Positions 22,738-39,725 of a stretch of DNA of 64,000 nucleotides are shown here, piece after piece. The DNA lies in assembly GCF_009914755.1 (NCBI RefSeq), contig NC_060944.1, one strand, 5' to 3'. The stretch is from the human T2T-CHM13v2.0 reference genome, Homo sapiens. Position numbers and translations under genes: made by a program. How positions within the stretch are numbered: position 1 is the stretch's first letter; every line of letters starts with the position of its first letter. Below the pieces are notes generated by a model. The model was not told the DNA's origin, did no database searches, and worked only from the letters and a program-made list of their open reading frames with translations.

Positions 22738-25382
22738 GTATTTTCTTTTCCTAAACCGCTTTATCAAGATACACTTCACATACCATAGAATTCACCCATT
22801 TAAAGTGTACAATTCAGTGGCCTTCAGTATATTCAGAGTCGTGCAACCATCACCACCATCTAATTTGGGAACATTTTCATCATCCTGAAAATGAAAGCCA
22901 GTACCCATGAGCATTTACTCCTCATTTCCCCCTCCTCCTAATGCCTGACAACCACGAATCTACTCTCAGTGTCTGTGGATTTGCCTATATCCATGGTATT
23001 TTGTTTCTTGCATCCTTTCATCTTTGTCTTGTTTTCTGCCTCCCAATAATAATAAACCATAAGACCCTGGACACTCTGTCCTCTCTTTTGTGTCCCTTCC
23101 TGGACTTCAGTGAGTGATTCACCTAATGGGCATCTGCTGATCAAGTAATACACTGGCCCTTTGACTGAGAACAAGCACAGAGCATCTACAATGCATCGGG
23201 TAATATTCCAGGTGCTGCATATACATTAACTCATATGATCCTTACACAGAAATCCATGACACAGGCACTGTTATTATCCCCACCTGACTGATAGGGAAAC
23301 TGAGACAGGAGAAGTTGAGTACCTTGCCAGAGTGACATAGCCAGCAAGGAGGCAAAGCCAGAATTCAAACCTGGACATTTATGCCTGGAGTCTGCACTCC
23401 ACCACTGCACCACACTTTCTCCTGTGAGGCCAAGTGGATGGGCCTTCATTTGCGAGCAGTTCCAGGAAACCTGCACGGGGGCTGGGAAAGAGCAAGGTGG
23501 AAGCTGCTGTAGATGCTCCCCCCACCAACCACCACCAGCCAACTACGTCCCTTAGTATTTCACAGCCTTGTGTAGCTCCTCAAGTGTGTATTCTGGACTG
23601 CTCTAGCAACTTGATTTAACCAATAGAATGTAGTAGAAGGGACGCTGTGCCACTCCAAGTCAAAGCCTAAAGAAGGCCTGGCAGGGCACAGTGGCTCACA
23701 TCTTTACAGTACATTGGGAGACCAAGCCAGCTGGATCCCTTGAGCCCAGGATTTTGAAACCAGCCTGGGGAACATAGTGAGACCCCATCTCTATGAAAAA
23801 TTTTTTTTTAAATTAGCCAGAGTGGTGGTGCACTCCTGTAGTCCCAGCTACTCAGGAGGCTGAAGTGGGAAGACTGCTTGAGCCCAGGAGGTCAAGGGTG
23901 TAGTGAGCCATGATTGCACCACTGCACTCCAGCCTGGGTGGTAGAGTGAAACCCTGTCTCAAAAAAAAAAAAAAAAATCCTGGTGGCTTCTGTTTTGTCA
24001 CTTTTTAGAACTCTGAGTCACAATGTAAGAGATCTGGCCACCCTGCTGAAGAAACCACATAGGAAGAGGCCCTCAGTCTACACAGGGAGCGCTCCAGGTA
24101 TCCCAGCTATCCCAGCATTTTGGCTGTCCCCCCTCAAAGTCCCAGACATGTGAGTGAACCATTGCAGACATTCTAGCACAGTTGAGCTCCCTCTGATGAC
24201 CTCAGATTTAGTTAAGACCACATGCAGCAGAAGAGCCGCCCAGCTGATCCTAGTCAACCCAGAGCATGGTGAGTAATCATCAACTATTGTTTTAAGCCAC
24301 TAAGGAGTAGACAGTCAAACAGCAGTAGATAATCAAAACAAGGAGTAAGACCACTTCTGTGGACAGAAGACCCATGAAGGGTCTGACCTCATGATTCCAC
24401 AGTCTCCTGCTGACTCAAAGAAGAGGGTAGAAAGCTAATCAGAAGAGCTGAGTGTCTGCTCCAGCCAGCAGCTGGGGTGCAGATTCATGACCTTCACTCA
24501 GCTGGTCAGATGTGTTGGCTCAGGACTTTGAATCTGGAGTAAGCAACACAAAAGACCAGGAGGTTTAGACTTGTTCTGAAAGGAGTGGTGGTGACATCTG
24601 ACTAGCATCTTGTTTCCAGTGGCAGCCCCTGAGGCAAGGCCAAGAGTGGGGATGCAGCATCCAGCCAAGACAGCAACAGCATCCTTTCCAGAATCTTCTT
24701 TGGTGCAATTTCTGAACCCTTCACATCCCTCATTTTCCACCTATTTTCTGAGCCTGATTCTCCAGTCTTCTGATTCATTTTGAAAAAGACTCTCATCATT
24801 CCAGGAAAGCACTTTTGCAGCTGAAGTTAGCAGTAGTTTGTGTATTGATTGGGTTTGTTTGCATGCAACAGAAAACTCCCAAACAACTGTGGCTTAAACA
24901 AGATAGTTGATTTTCTCTTTGTGAAAAATGTACAGAACTCAGCAGTCCAGGTCCCACCAGGTCTTCAGAGACCCAGTATCCTTGTGTCTTGGTGCTCTGG
25001 CTCCGCTCCACGTGGCACATTGCCTCAGGGTCTAAAATAGCTGCCCAAGCTCCAGCCATTGTGTTCACATTCTGGCCAGGAGAGAAGAGGAAAGGGTAAA
25101 GAAAAACATGCCCCTCCCTTTTTAGGAAACCACTTGGAAGTCCCTCCTAATCCTTTGCTTATATCTCATAGCTAGAACTTAATCACAAGACCACGCTTAG
25201 GTACAAGGAAGGCAGGAATGAGCAGTCCTTAGCTGAGCGGTTAGGTCCTCAACTAAAAATAAGAGTTATGTTGCTAAAGAGGAAAGAAAGAATGATGCTG
25301 AAGGAGGCTACTGGAGATCTCTGCCTGGGTCTGCCTCTGCTGTGTTCAACCAAGAACTCTGCATGGGAGAGCCAAGCCAGAC

Positions 25383-25888
25383 TGATGCAAGGCAAGTGAG
25401 CTCCAAAACTGGGGCTTCACCTGGGAGGGTTCTTGGCTTTACCCAGCAGAGAATTCAAGGGCAAGTCAGTGGTGTTAGACAGCAACTTTTATTGAAGCAG
25501 CAGTGTACGGCAACAGCAGAGGTACTGCTCCTTGCAGAGCAGGGCTAACCCCTGGGCATAGGGGTTGTTGGCAGCTGTATTTATATCCACTTATAATTAT
25601 ATGTTAATGAAGAGGCACGTTATCCAGAACTTTCTGGAAAAAGGGTGAGGAGTTTCTGAAACCATATAAAGTAACTTCCTGGCTGTTGCCATGGCATTTG
25701 TAAACTGTCAGGGTGCTGGTGGGAGCGTCTTTGTGCTAACGAGCAGTGAGGGCAACTAGAGGTCACTTTCTTTGCCATGTTCTGTTTCTTCACTGCATCC
25801 TGTTTCAACCAGATCCTGCTCTGATGAGCTGGGTTGCTATGGTGGTTGTGATCAGTGCTCGGAAAACAAGTCCTGCTGATTTACCTCA
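25383..25888 (-). mobile_element. ERV1-class solo LTR (MER66-like)
   Basis: TG...CA termini (minus strand begins TGAGGTAAATCAGCAGGACTTGTTTTCCGAGCAC). Perfect 4-bp TSD AGAC (25379-25382 / 25889-25892). Confidence 0.78.
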
Positions 25889-25995
25889 AGACTGCGAGAT
25901 GGTGGCCACGGGAGAGGAGGGACCCTGACAATGCCTAATCACGTTGACCCAGCTGGCTCCTCTCTTAATTTTCTCCAATTCTTTTTTATTTTTGA

Positions 25996-26121
<126 letters not shown>

Positions 26122-26483
26122 TAATTTTTTGTATTTTTGGTAGAGACGGGGTTTCACCATGTTGGCCAGGCTGGTCTCGAACTCCTGACCTCAGGTGATC
26201 TGCCTGCCTCAGCCTCTCAAACTCCTGGGATTACAGGTGTGAGCCACTGTGCCTGGCCTTCTCCAGTTTTTTTAAACCCTTCCACCTCATTTGTCTTAAA
26301 CTCCCACCAGCACTTCCCTGACCCTGGATCCCCTCATTTTCCTGCTCCATTTTCTATCCAAGGAAAACCCACAGTTCCAACCCACTTCCTGGCCAGTCTA
26401 GCTCCCATGCCTTTATACATGCTGTTCCTTTCACCTGGAAGGGCCCTCCTTCTCCCTGTGGCTTATCTAAAGGTTACCTGTGA

Positions 26484-26818
<335 letters not shown>

Positions 26819-27124
26819 TGAAGGCTCCCTTGTTAAATAAAAAATAAAAAGCCAGTAACGGCATCACCCCAACCTCTGCTTCTGTCATCATATCTCCTTC
26901 TCTGACCCTGACCTCCCTGCCTCCCTCTCCCTGACCTCCCTGCCTCCCTAAGTACCCCTGTGATTACATTTGGCCCACCCAGATAATCCAGAATAATCTT
27001 CCCGTCTCAAGAGTCTTCATTTAATCCCATCTGCAAAGTTTGCCACGTGAGGCCACGTATTCACAGATCCTAGGGGCTCAAGATACTGGAATCTTTGGGG
27101 TCTAATATGAATCTGTCCACTACA

Positions 27125-27940
27125 GTTAGGTTCCCCAGAAGCACATCCTCAGACAAGGATTTGGGTGCAAATGGTTTATTTGGGGGTGCTTCCAGGAAGC
27201 AGCAGTGGAAGAGTGGAGAAGTGAAACTGGGAAGGGAAGGAAGCCTGAGGGGGTCATCCAGCCAGACACCTCTGCGGGCACCTGAGGCTGAGTCCCCAGG
27301 GCACCTCTAGGAAACTGAGCAGAGAACCCTACAGCGCTGTCTGTTCTTCCCTGTGGGGCTTTCCCCAGGCTGTTCACCATCTGGCACTTCTGGTCTGCCC
27401 CGTCTTGGCTGAACACACATCTGCAGCCAGAGACAGCACTCAGGCCTAGAGTCTGGCATATTTAAAACCAATAAAGTACCGAAACAGTGTGTAGCAGACA
27501 CTGTTGGTGCCCCCAGCTGTCTGCCCTGGGCACTCACTTCTACTCACTGGAGGTAGCTGCTGTCTGAGGGCACCTGCTATGTTCTGGCCCTGGGGCTCTA
27601 GGGGCTGGCAGTCTGAGTGCAGGACCAAGTGTCAGAGTTAATGTCCCTAGAACAGCCCTTATGCAATGGCAGATGGGAACCTGGCGAATGAACATCCCAG
27701 CTTCCTAATCCCTCAGCTGGGGTAACTCAGACGGGTCTACATTGGCTCCCCAGCTCCCCAGTGGGGTTGAACTCTGGTGCCCTCGGAGGTCACCAGCTGG
27801 TGTCACACCTGCATTGGCTGCCTTCCCTTCTCTTCCCTGCTCCATCCCACATCCCTGCTGATGGGTCCTGGGATCACCACCCAAATATATGGGAATCCCT
27901 GTCATAGGGTTGTCTTTTGGGGGAGCCCAAACCAAGACAC
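27125..27940. mobile_element. Two ERVL (LTR16-like) LTR remnants in opposite orientation
   Basis: AGGTTCCCCAGAAGCACATCCTCAGACAAGGATTTGGGTGCAAATGGTTTATTTGGG on the left, and a reverse-complement-like end ...CTTTTGGGGGAGCCCAAACCAAGACA on the right. Confidence 0.55.
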
Positions 27941-28128
27941 AGGGACAAAAATAAACCCCACAACTTAAACCACACAACTGCGGTGTGTTACATATTTACA
28001 TTGAAGAAATTCACATTTTTTTAGTGCAGCTGGACACAAAGAACACAAATAAGCAGAATATAATTTACATTATAAATTACATGCTGGTAGATTCCCTGAG
28101 GTCAGGAGTTCGCAACCAGTCTCTACTA

Positions 28129-28350
<222 letters not shown>

Positions 28351-28891
28351 CTATATTATACATATACACACACATGCTGTCTCCTTTGTAGAGAATTCCA
28401 AAAGTCTATATTTGAGGCTCCTCCTTCATATGAGGCCCAGCCAAATGATGCTTCTGCCTCGAATACCCCTCCTAGCCCTGACCTCAGAATTGAGGGGGTT
28501 GTATTTGAGTTTTGTTTTAAAGTACACATGGAAAATACACATTTCAGGCCGGGTGTGGTGGCTTACTCCTGTAATCTCAGCACTTTGGGAGGCTGAGGCG
28601 GGCAGATCACTTGAGGTCAGGAGTTTCAGACCAGCCTGGCCAACATGGTGAAACTCAGTCCCAACAAAAAAATTTAAAAACTAGCCAGTGTGGTAGTGCT
28701 TACCTGCAGTCCCAGCCACTCAGGAGGCTGAGGTGGGAGGATTGCCTAAGCTTGGGAGTTCGAGGCTGCAGTGAGCTATGATCACATCACTGCACTCCAG
28801 CCTGACAGTCAGAGCAAGACTTTGCCTTAAAAATTTTTTTAAAAATTGTCTAGTAGTCTAGCACAGCTGCTGGACAGAGGGGCACTGGGAG

Positions 28892-29084
28892 TAGGATTGC
28901 TAGACAAAACACAATATGCCCAGCTAGATTCGAATTTCTGGTAAACAGTGAATACTTTTTAGTATAACCACATCCCAATTATTGCATGGGACCCTCTTTT
29001 ACTAAAAAAAGTATTTGTTGTTTATCTGAAGTTCAGATGTAACTGAACATCCTGTATTTTTATTTTCTAAATCTGGCCACCATA
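28892..29084. mobile_element. MER53 palindromic hAT MITE
   Basis: TAGGATTGCTAGA...GAATTTCTGGTAAACAGTGAATACTTTTTAGTATA...TACTAAAAAAAGTATTTGTTGTTTATCTGAAGTTC...ATCTGGCCACC. Confidence 0.8.
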
Positions 29085-29405
29085 ACTGAAAGAGAGAGAG
29101 AGAACAGTGAGAGGGAAAGCGAGACATAAGACCACAGGGACACAAAAATGGGGACAGACAGAGAAATAGGGACAAATAGAGAAAGAATAAAGGAGAGATG
29201 GACAAACACAGATATGGCCACAAGATGCCTGCAGTAGGAAAACAGAAGAAGAGGCAGAAAGGGGGCAGACCCAGAGACCACCTCCTAGACTGGGGAAGAT
29301 AGAAGGGGAACAGCCCAGCGTGGACAGGGGCCTAGCCAGAGTTCCTTCCCCAGGCAAGGCTAGGGAGAGAAGCACCTACAGGAGGGCACAGTTTTAAAAA
29401 AAATT

Positions 29406-30933
<1,528 letters not shown>

Positions 30934-31204
30934 GCAACTGTGGTATCTTTAAAGACCACTATTGTGCCTACCATATAGAAACAAGTGGTCCTCCAAATAA
31001 CTGCTGATTTAATATTAAATCCGTAAACTCTACTCAAGCCAGTTCCATTCATTCATTCATTCCACAAATAGTTATTAAGCGTCTACTATGTGTTCTGGGC
31101 ATAGAGCTACGAAAAAGACAATGTCTCTGCCTTCATGGGATTCACATTCTGCCTGTGGAAGGCATGATGATAAGTGAGCAAACACATTGTGGAAACCCAA
31201 CTTT

Positions 31205-32135
<931 letters not shown>

Positions 32136-32289
32136 ATAAATAAACACCATCATTTAAAATTCAGTTCAGTGCAACTAACAAAAGATGATATGGAAGCAAG
32201 TAGTGGAGGTAGGAGGGATAAAACTGGGAGGTTGGTGACCTTGTGGGTGACATTGAGCTGAGGGCAGAGTGGTGGGAAGGGGGCAGCCA

Positions 32290-33770
<1,481 letters not shown>

Positions 33771-36047
33771 AGGATTGTTCAGCTCTCTGCAGGATGTTAT
33801 CTAGCATTCCTGTTCCCTCTATTACGACAACAGAAATATCCCCCCAACAAAATTTCAAAATGCGTCTGGGGGTGGTACTGCCTTCATTGAGAAGCACTGA
33901 TTAAGAGGGACAGAAAAATGTAAGCCAAGCCCTTGATGGGAACAAAAAGGAGCCCAGAGTGGCCAGAGTCCTGAAGAAAAGCAGGAAGGAGATGAGCTCA
34001 GAGAAAATGGCAGGGCCTCTATCACACCTTGTTGGCCACAGTATGATACTGAACTTGGACTCAATTCCAAGGGCAATAGGGAGCCTCTGTTGGATTTTCG
34101 GCAGGGGAGTGACATAGTCTGGCCTTGCTGTGTGTGTGTGTTGGGGGGAGTGGGGTGGGATCAAAACATGTTACTCAGCAGACTGCACTGTACTCTAGAG
34201 AATTTCATTCATTCATTCATTCATTCAACACATAAGGATTGAGGTGTGTCTCAGTGATCTATTGCTGTGTAACAAGCAAGACCCCAGAATGTAGTGGCAT
34301 AAAGTAATGATTTTTTGTTTTCTGCTATTCTGTGGCTCAGCTGGGCAGTTTTTCTGCTGGTCTCACTAGTCACTTGTGCTGCTGTATTCAGCTGGTGGGT
34401 CGGCTGGGAGAGCTGCAATGACTGGGCTCCCTATCCACGTGCTCTTTCTTCTGGGGCTGCTACCATTTTGTTGTTATTATTGTTGTTGTTGTTTGAGACA
34501 GAGTCTTGCTCTGTCTCCCAGGCTGGAGGGCAGAGGGGCAGTCACGGCTCACTACAGCCTCCACCTCCTGGGCTCAAGCAATCTTCCCACCTCAGCCCTC
34601 CAAGTAGCTGGGACTACAGGCAGGCATCACTATTCCTGGATAATTTTTTAAATTTTTTGTAGCATCAGGGTCTTGATATGTTGCCCAGGCTGGTCTCGAA
34701 CTCCTGGGCTCAAGTGATCCTCCTACTTCAGCCTCCCAGTGTTGGAATTACAGGCATGAGCCACTGACCTGCCCAGGGCTGCTTCTGAGTGTCATTCAGC
34801 ATTCCCAGGCAGTAAAGGAAGAAGTGAGCCAGGGCTGTTGATGCTCTGGGACTTGTGCAGCCTCTTTTCTGTCACATTCTATTGGTCAAGACCAGCCACA
34901 AGGCTAGTCTAGGTTCAGGCTGGTGGAGAAACAAACTCTACCTCTTGCTGGGAGTGACTGCGAAATCGCATTACAAGCAGTGGAACTTGCAGAATTTAAG
35001 GCCATGAAATATTCAACGTGACTGTAGACCGGGCCCTGGGGATATGGCCTGCCCCTCTGCAACCGTGCTTTAGTGAGACAACAAATAGTCAACACGTACA
35101 AAAGCTCAGAAAGTGCTGTGGAAAACATCAGCTAGGGAGAGAGGGGGCTACTTGAGACAGGTCAGGGAAGGCTTCCCAGAGACGTCTGAGCTAAGACCCG
35201 AGCACTGGAGCATGCCTGCCTGGGATGTCTGTGCCTCTGAGGTTTCCAAGGAAGACAACTGTCTTTGCATAAGCCCATGGCTGCCCTTGGGGGAAGGGGC
35301 CCAGGGGACACCACTAATGGTTGCTGTGATAGCATCATTGTGGAATGGAGTGGAAGCTGCCTTGGGGCCAGAGTATCTGTCCCCCAGCACTCATTTGCAG
35401 GCTGTGTGACACTGGCCATCTGGGTTTCTTCCCCTGACTCCCAAAGCCCAGGTCCAGTTCACTGCACTGTGAGGGTTCACAGGTTTATAACAGGATAAAC
35501 TACAGAGAGAGGTCAGTGCTTCCTGGTATACTATGCACAGCTGCGACACTCAATAAACAGAAGTTCACTGAACTGCAAGGTCACTGCTGCTGTGACAGGA
35601 GGGTCATATGGATGTGTGTATCTTGCCAGTGGCTGTGGTGAAACCCTGCTTGTGGAGAATAGACATAAACACACCTTCTCTCTCTCCCTCTCTGTCTTCC
35701 TTTCACCTCCCCTCTCCCTCCACCCCTTCCATTTCCTATTCTCCCAGCATGTTCTTTCCACTCTTCCTCACCTCCTTCCCCTTCACCTCCTTCCTACACC
35801 ATTCCTTTTTCCATCTCTTTCCTGTTTTCCTAACTTGTTACTCTCATCTTTTTCTTTCTTTTCTGTTCTTCCTGACAGCTCCCCTTCCTACCTCCTCTCC
35901 CTTCACCCTTTCTCCTACTCTTTCCCCTCCTCTCATTTCTACCTCTCTTTCCTTTTCACTTCCCCTCTCCCTCCTGTCTTTCTCCTTTTTCTTTTACCTC
36001 TGTGCCTCCCTCTCACCTCTTCCCACACCACCTCATCTCCTCCATAA

Positions 36048-36687
<640 letters not shown>

Positions 36688-36792
36688 TAGCCCCCGCGTC
36701 CCCTATACCCTTCGCCCATGCCCACTCCCCTCCCCACCTTCTCTTCTTCCACCCTCCACCCTCGCCTTCTGTCTCTCGCCCACCTGACTCCG

Positions 36793-36820
36793 CTCCGCCC
36801 CCAGCCTTAGGCTCCGCCCC
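36793..36820. promoter_or_regulatory. Two GC boxes (SP/KLF)
   Basis: CTCCGCCCC (36793-36801) and GGCTCCGCCCC (36810-36820). Confidence 0.7.
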
Positions 36821-36871
36821 GCTGGGGGTCACGGGGCCGACGGACGCTAGGCGGCCGTAGCGGCCTCGCCA

Positions 36872-36889
36872 GTCACGTGGTCACGTGAC
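36872..36889. promoter_or_regulatory. Tandem E-boxes: GTCACGTGG + palindromic GTCACGTGAC (CLEAR/USF/MiT-TFE type)
   Basis: Sequence AGTCACGTGGTCACGTGACG. Confidence 0.8.
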
Positions 36890-36895
36890 GCGCTC

Positions 36896-36907
36896 CAACA
36901 TGGCGGC
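36896..36907 (+). promoter_or_regulatory. TISU / YY1 element CAACATGGCGGC
   Basis: Exact match to the TISU consensus SAASATGGCGGC, located near the likely TSS. Confidence 0.75.
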
Positions 36908-36935
36908 GCCGTGGGGCCGAGGTGTCGCTTCCTGA
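36900..36935 (+). other. Candidate uORF MAAPWGRGVAS* (11 aa)
   Basis: AACATGG strong Kozak context, TGA at 36933-36935, out of frame with the main ATG (154 nt upstream). It is only real if the TSS lies upstream of 36900. Confidence 0.5.
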
Positions 36936-37053
36936 CGGGGCGGCGCGGACGGACGCGGCCGGTGCCGGCCGGGACGCCGGGCCCGCAGCCTAGCTCGCCA
37001 TCTCGCTCACGCCGCCCGCCCGCGGGGCCGTCAGCCCCCGCCGGGCCGGGGCC

Positions 37054-37174
37054 ATGCAGGAGAGCCAGACCAAGAGCATGTTCGTGTCCCGGGCCCTGGA
37101 GAAGATCCTAGCCGACAAGGAGGTGAAGCGGCCCCAGCACTCCCAGCTGCGCAGGGCCTGCCAGGTGGCGCTCG
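37054..37174 (+). CDS. ARFGEF2: ARFGEF2 (BIG2) coding exon 1, 121 nt: [40 protein letters not shown] + G
   Basis: GCCATGC start inside a CpG island. The translation matches the recognised BIG2 N-terminus (DCB domain). Donor TCG|GTGGGT at 37175, phase 1. Confidence 0.97.
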
Positions 37175-39391
37175 GTGGGTGAGCCGCTCCCGCCCTGCCC
37201 CGCGCTGGCCTCAGCACGTCGGCCGTTGCCCTATCCTACTCGGCCTTGGCCCGGCCTCCTGGCCTCCGCTTCCCCCCGATCCCGAATTCCACCCTTCCGG
37301 CCTCCTCCTCATTATACCCCCGGAGGAAGTGTTGCCCGGGCAGCTCGGGACTGGCCCAAGGTCACCTAGCAAGTTGGTGACAACCAGAGCTTGTTCCTCA
37401 GGGTTCCAGCTCAGGGCTTTTGCCACGATTCCTTGTCGCCCTGTTTCCTGGTTCCTCCCCTCACCACCTCCAAGTCCTAGAAACAGTAGCCCTTGCCCCA
37501 AGTTTTTTCGTTACCTGAGCTCTGCTGATTGGGGTTCCCCTAGGTGAACAGAGCATGTAGGAAGAGCCGTCCAACTGGTTTAGGGAAACCCCTGATTCTT
37601 GTTTTGGAAGTGCCCGTTGGAGAATGTTTTCCTTTGGTTTGGGGATCTCCCATAGCTCTTTCCCTCAAGGAAGGATTGTAGAAGGTGTTCTGGATCTCCC
37701 AGGCATTGTAGTGAGCAAGACATCTGCTTATTCCTAGCAGTCCACTAAAATACAAGGTCTTCAGCGCGAAGATACTTGTCTGACTTATTCATTGCTGTAT
37801 CCCTTGCGCTTGCAACAGTGCCTGGCGCACAGTAGGTGCTCGATAAATATTTGCTGATTGAATGGACCCTCAGATTATGGAAAGAGGGAGAATTCTAACT
37901 AATAGTTAAAGGCTTGATAATTGATAGCAAAATCACTATCCTATCTTTCAGTTTTAATCATTTAACAAATATTTATCAAGTGCCCACTGCATACCAGGTA
38001 CTGAGAATTCAGTGGGGAACAAGACGGACATGGTCCTTACCCCTATGGAGCTTATACTCGAATAGAGGAGACAAAATAATTAATTAAGAAAATAGGTGAG
38101 GTATTTTGGAATACTGATAAATACTATTTTGAAAATAAAACAGCAAGATGTGATAAAGAGGGCTTGAGGACTGCTTTCCATGGTCAGGAAAGTAATCTTT
38201 TCCAAGAGGAAAAGTAATCAGGTGGTCAGGAAAGTAATCTTTTCCAAGAGGGTGACACTTGAGCTGAATACTGAAAGGCAAGAACTATCCACCATATGGA
38301 GTTTCAGAAGAGAGTTCTTGGTGGGAGAATCCATGCATTTGACCAGAGCTGTTTTCAAGCTAATTCACTGCCCCAACGTCTTTGGTTTGGAATCTGTAAA
38401 GGCCTGTTTTTCCTAACAAAATGAGCAAATGGAAAGTTTGATTTTTAGTCACATAGTTTGAGATTGTTATCACCTTTCTCCTTTCATTTGCTACAAAGTA
38501 TAGAGTAGTGTTCTTTTGGCATTTAGAAATAGGCTGGTGAACTTTGCACTTCCCTGGAAAGAAGGTCCCTGGCTTTCATCAGATTTTCAGAGGGCCCTGA
38601 GACTCCCTCAGGGGCCAACTATTGATGCAGAGGTGGTAGTCTAGATAATCTGGAAACAGTTGCTAGTCCGTGAAATTCAGGATCAGTGGAAGGAATTTAC
38701 TGAGATGTAGATTTTTAAAGCTTTTCTCTTCCAATAACCAAGGCTGTTGGGTATTTTATCAGCAATGTGGGATAAGCACTGCAAAGCAGTTTGTTAGGCA
38801 AGAGCCTGGTATTTATAACTCCACGTTGAAATCTGCCTGGACTCTATCTTCTCGATATTGTTGTGGAGGTTTCAGAATAGTTATTTGGCAGAAGAGTTTT
38901 TATTTTTTCTTCAGAAAACTTCTTAACATAAAATTTTCACCAAAGTGTGCATCATATTATTGGAACCTACTTATAAAATTTTCATCTGGGTCATGAAGGG
39001 CCATTAACGCTGAGAATTTAATAGATATTTTCGGATCGTATCTTTGTTCAGAAGTTCAAGTTTTCCTAACACAAGTAGTGGAATGCATGTTTTCAGTTTT
39101 TAGTAGTGAATTGTAAAAAATGGCCTAGATAGGAAGTAATTTGACTACAGGTTATATGAATCACAAATTGGGGTTGTGCCAATGGCATAATAGGAACTGT
39201 CATAAGGGAACGTATGCATATTGTTAAGTGACCATCTTTTTTAAGAGAATAATTGTGTGTCATTGCTGTTAAATAGAAATGACTGCTTTTACTTAGAGTA
39301 GAACACATAGCAGAATGCCTGGTGATATTTCTCTCTGTCTCTCAAGGCCCAGTCTTGTGTCCAGTAGTCCCATTTAAGAAGAGAAATTTGG

Positions 39392-39725
<334 letters not shown>

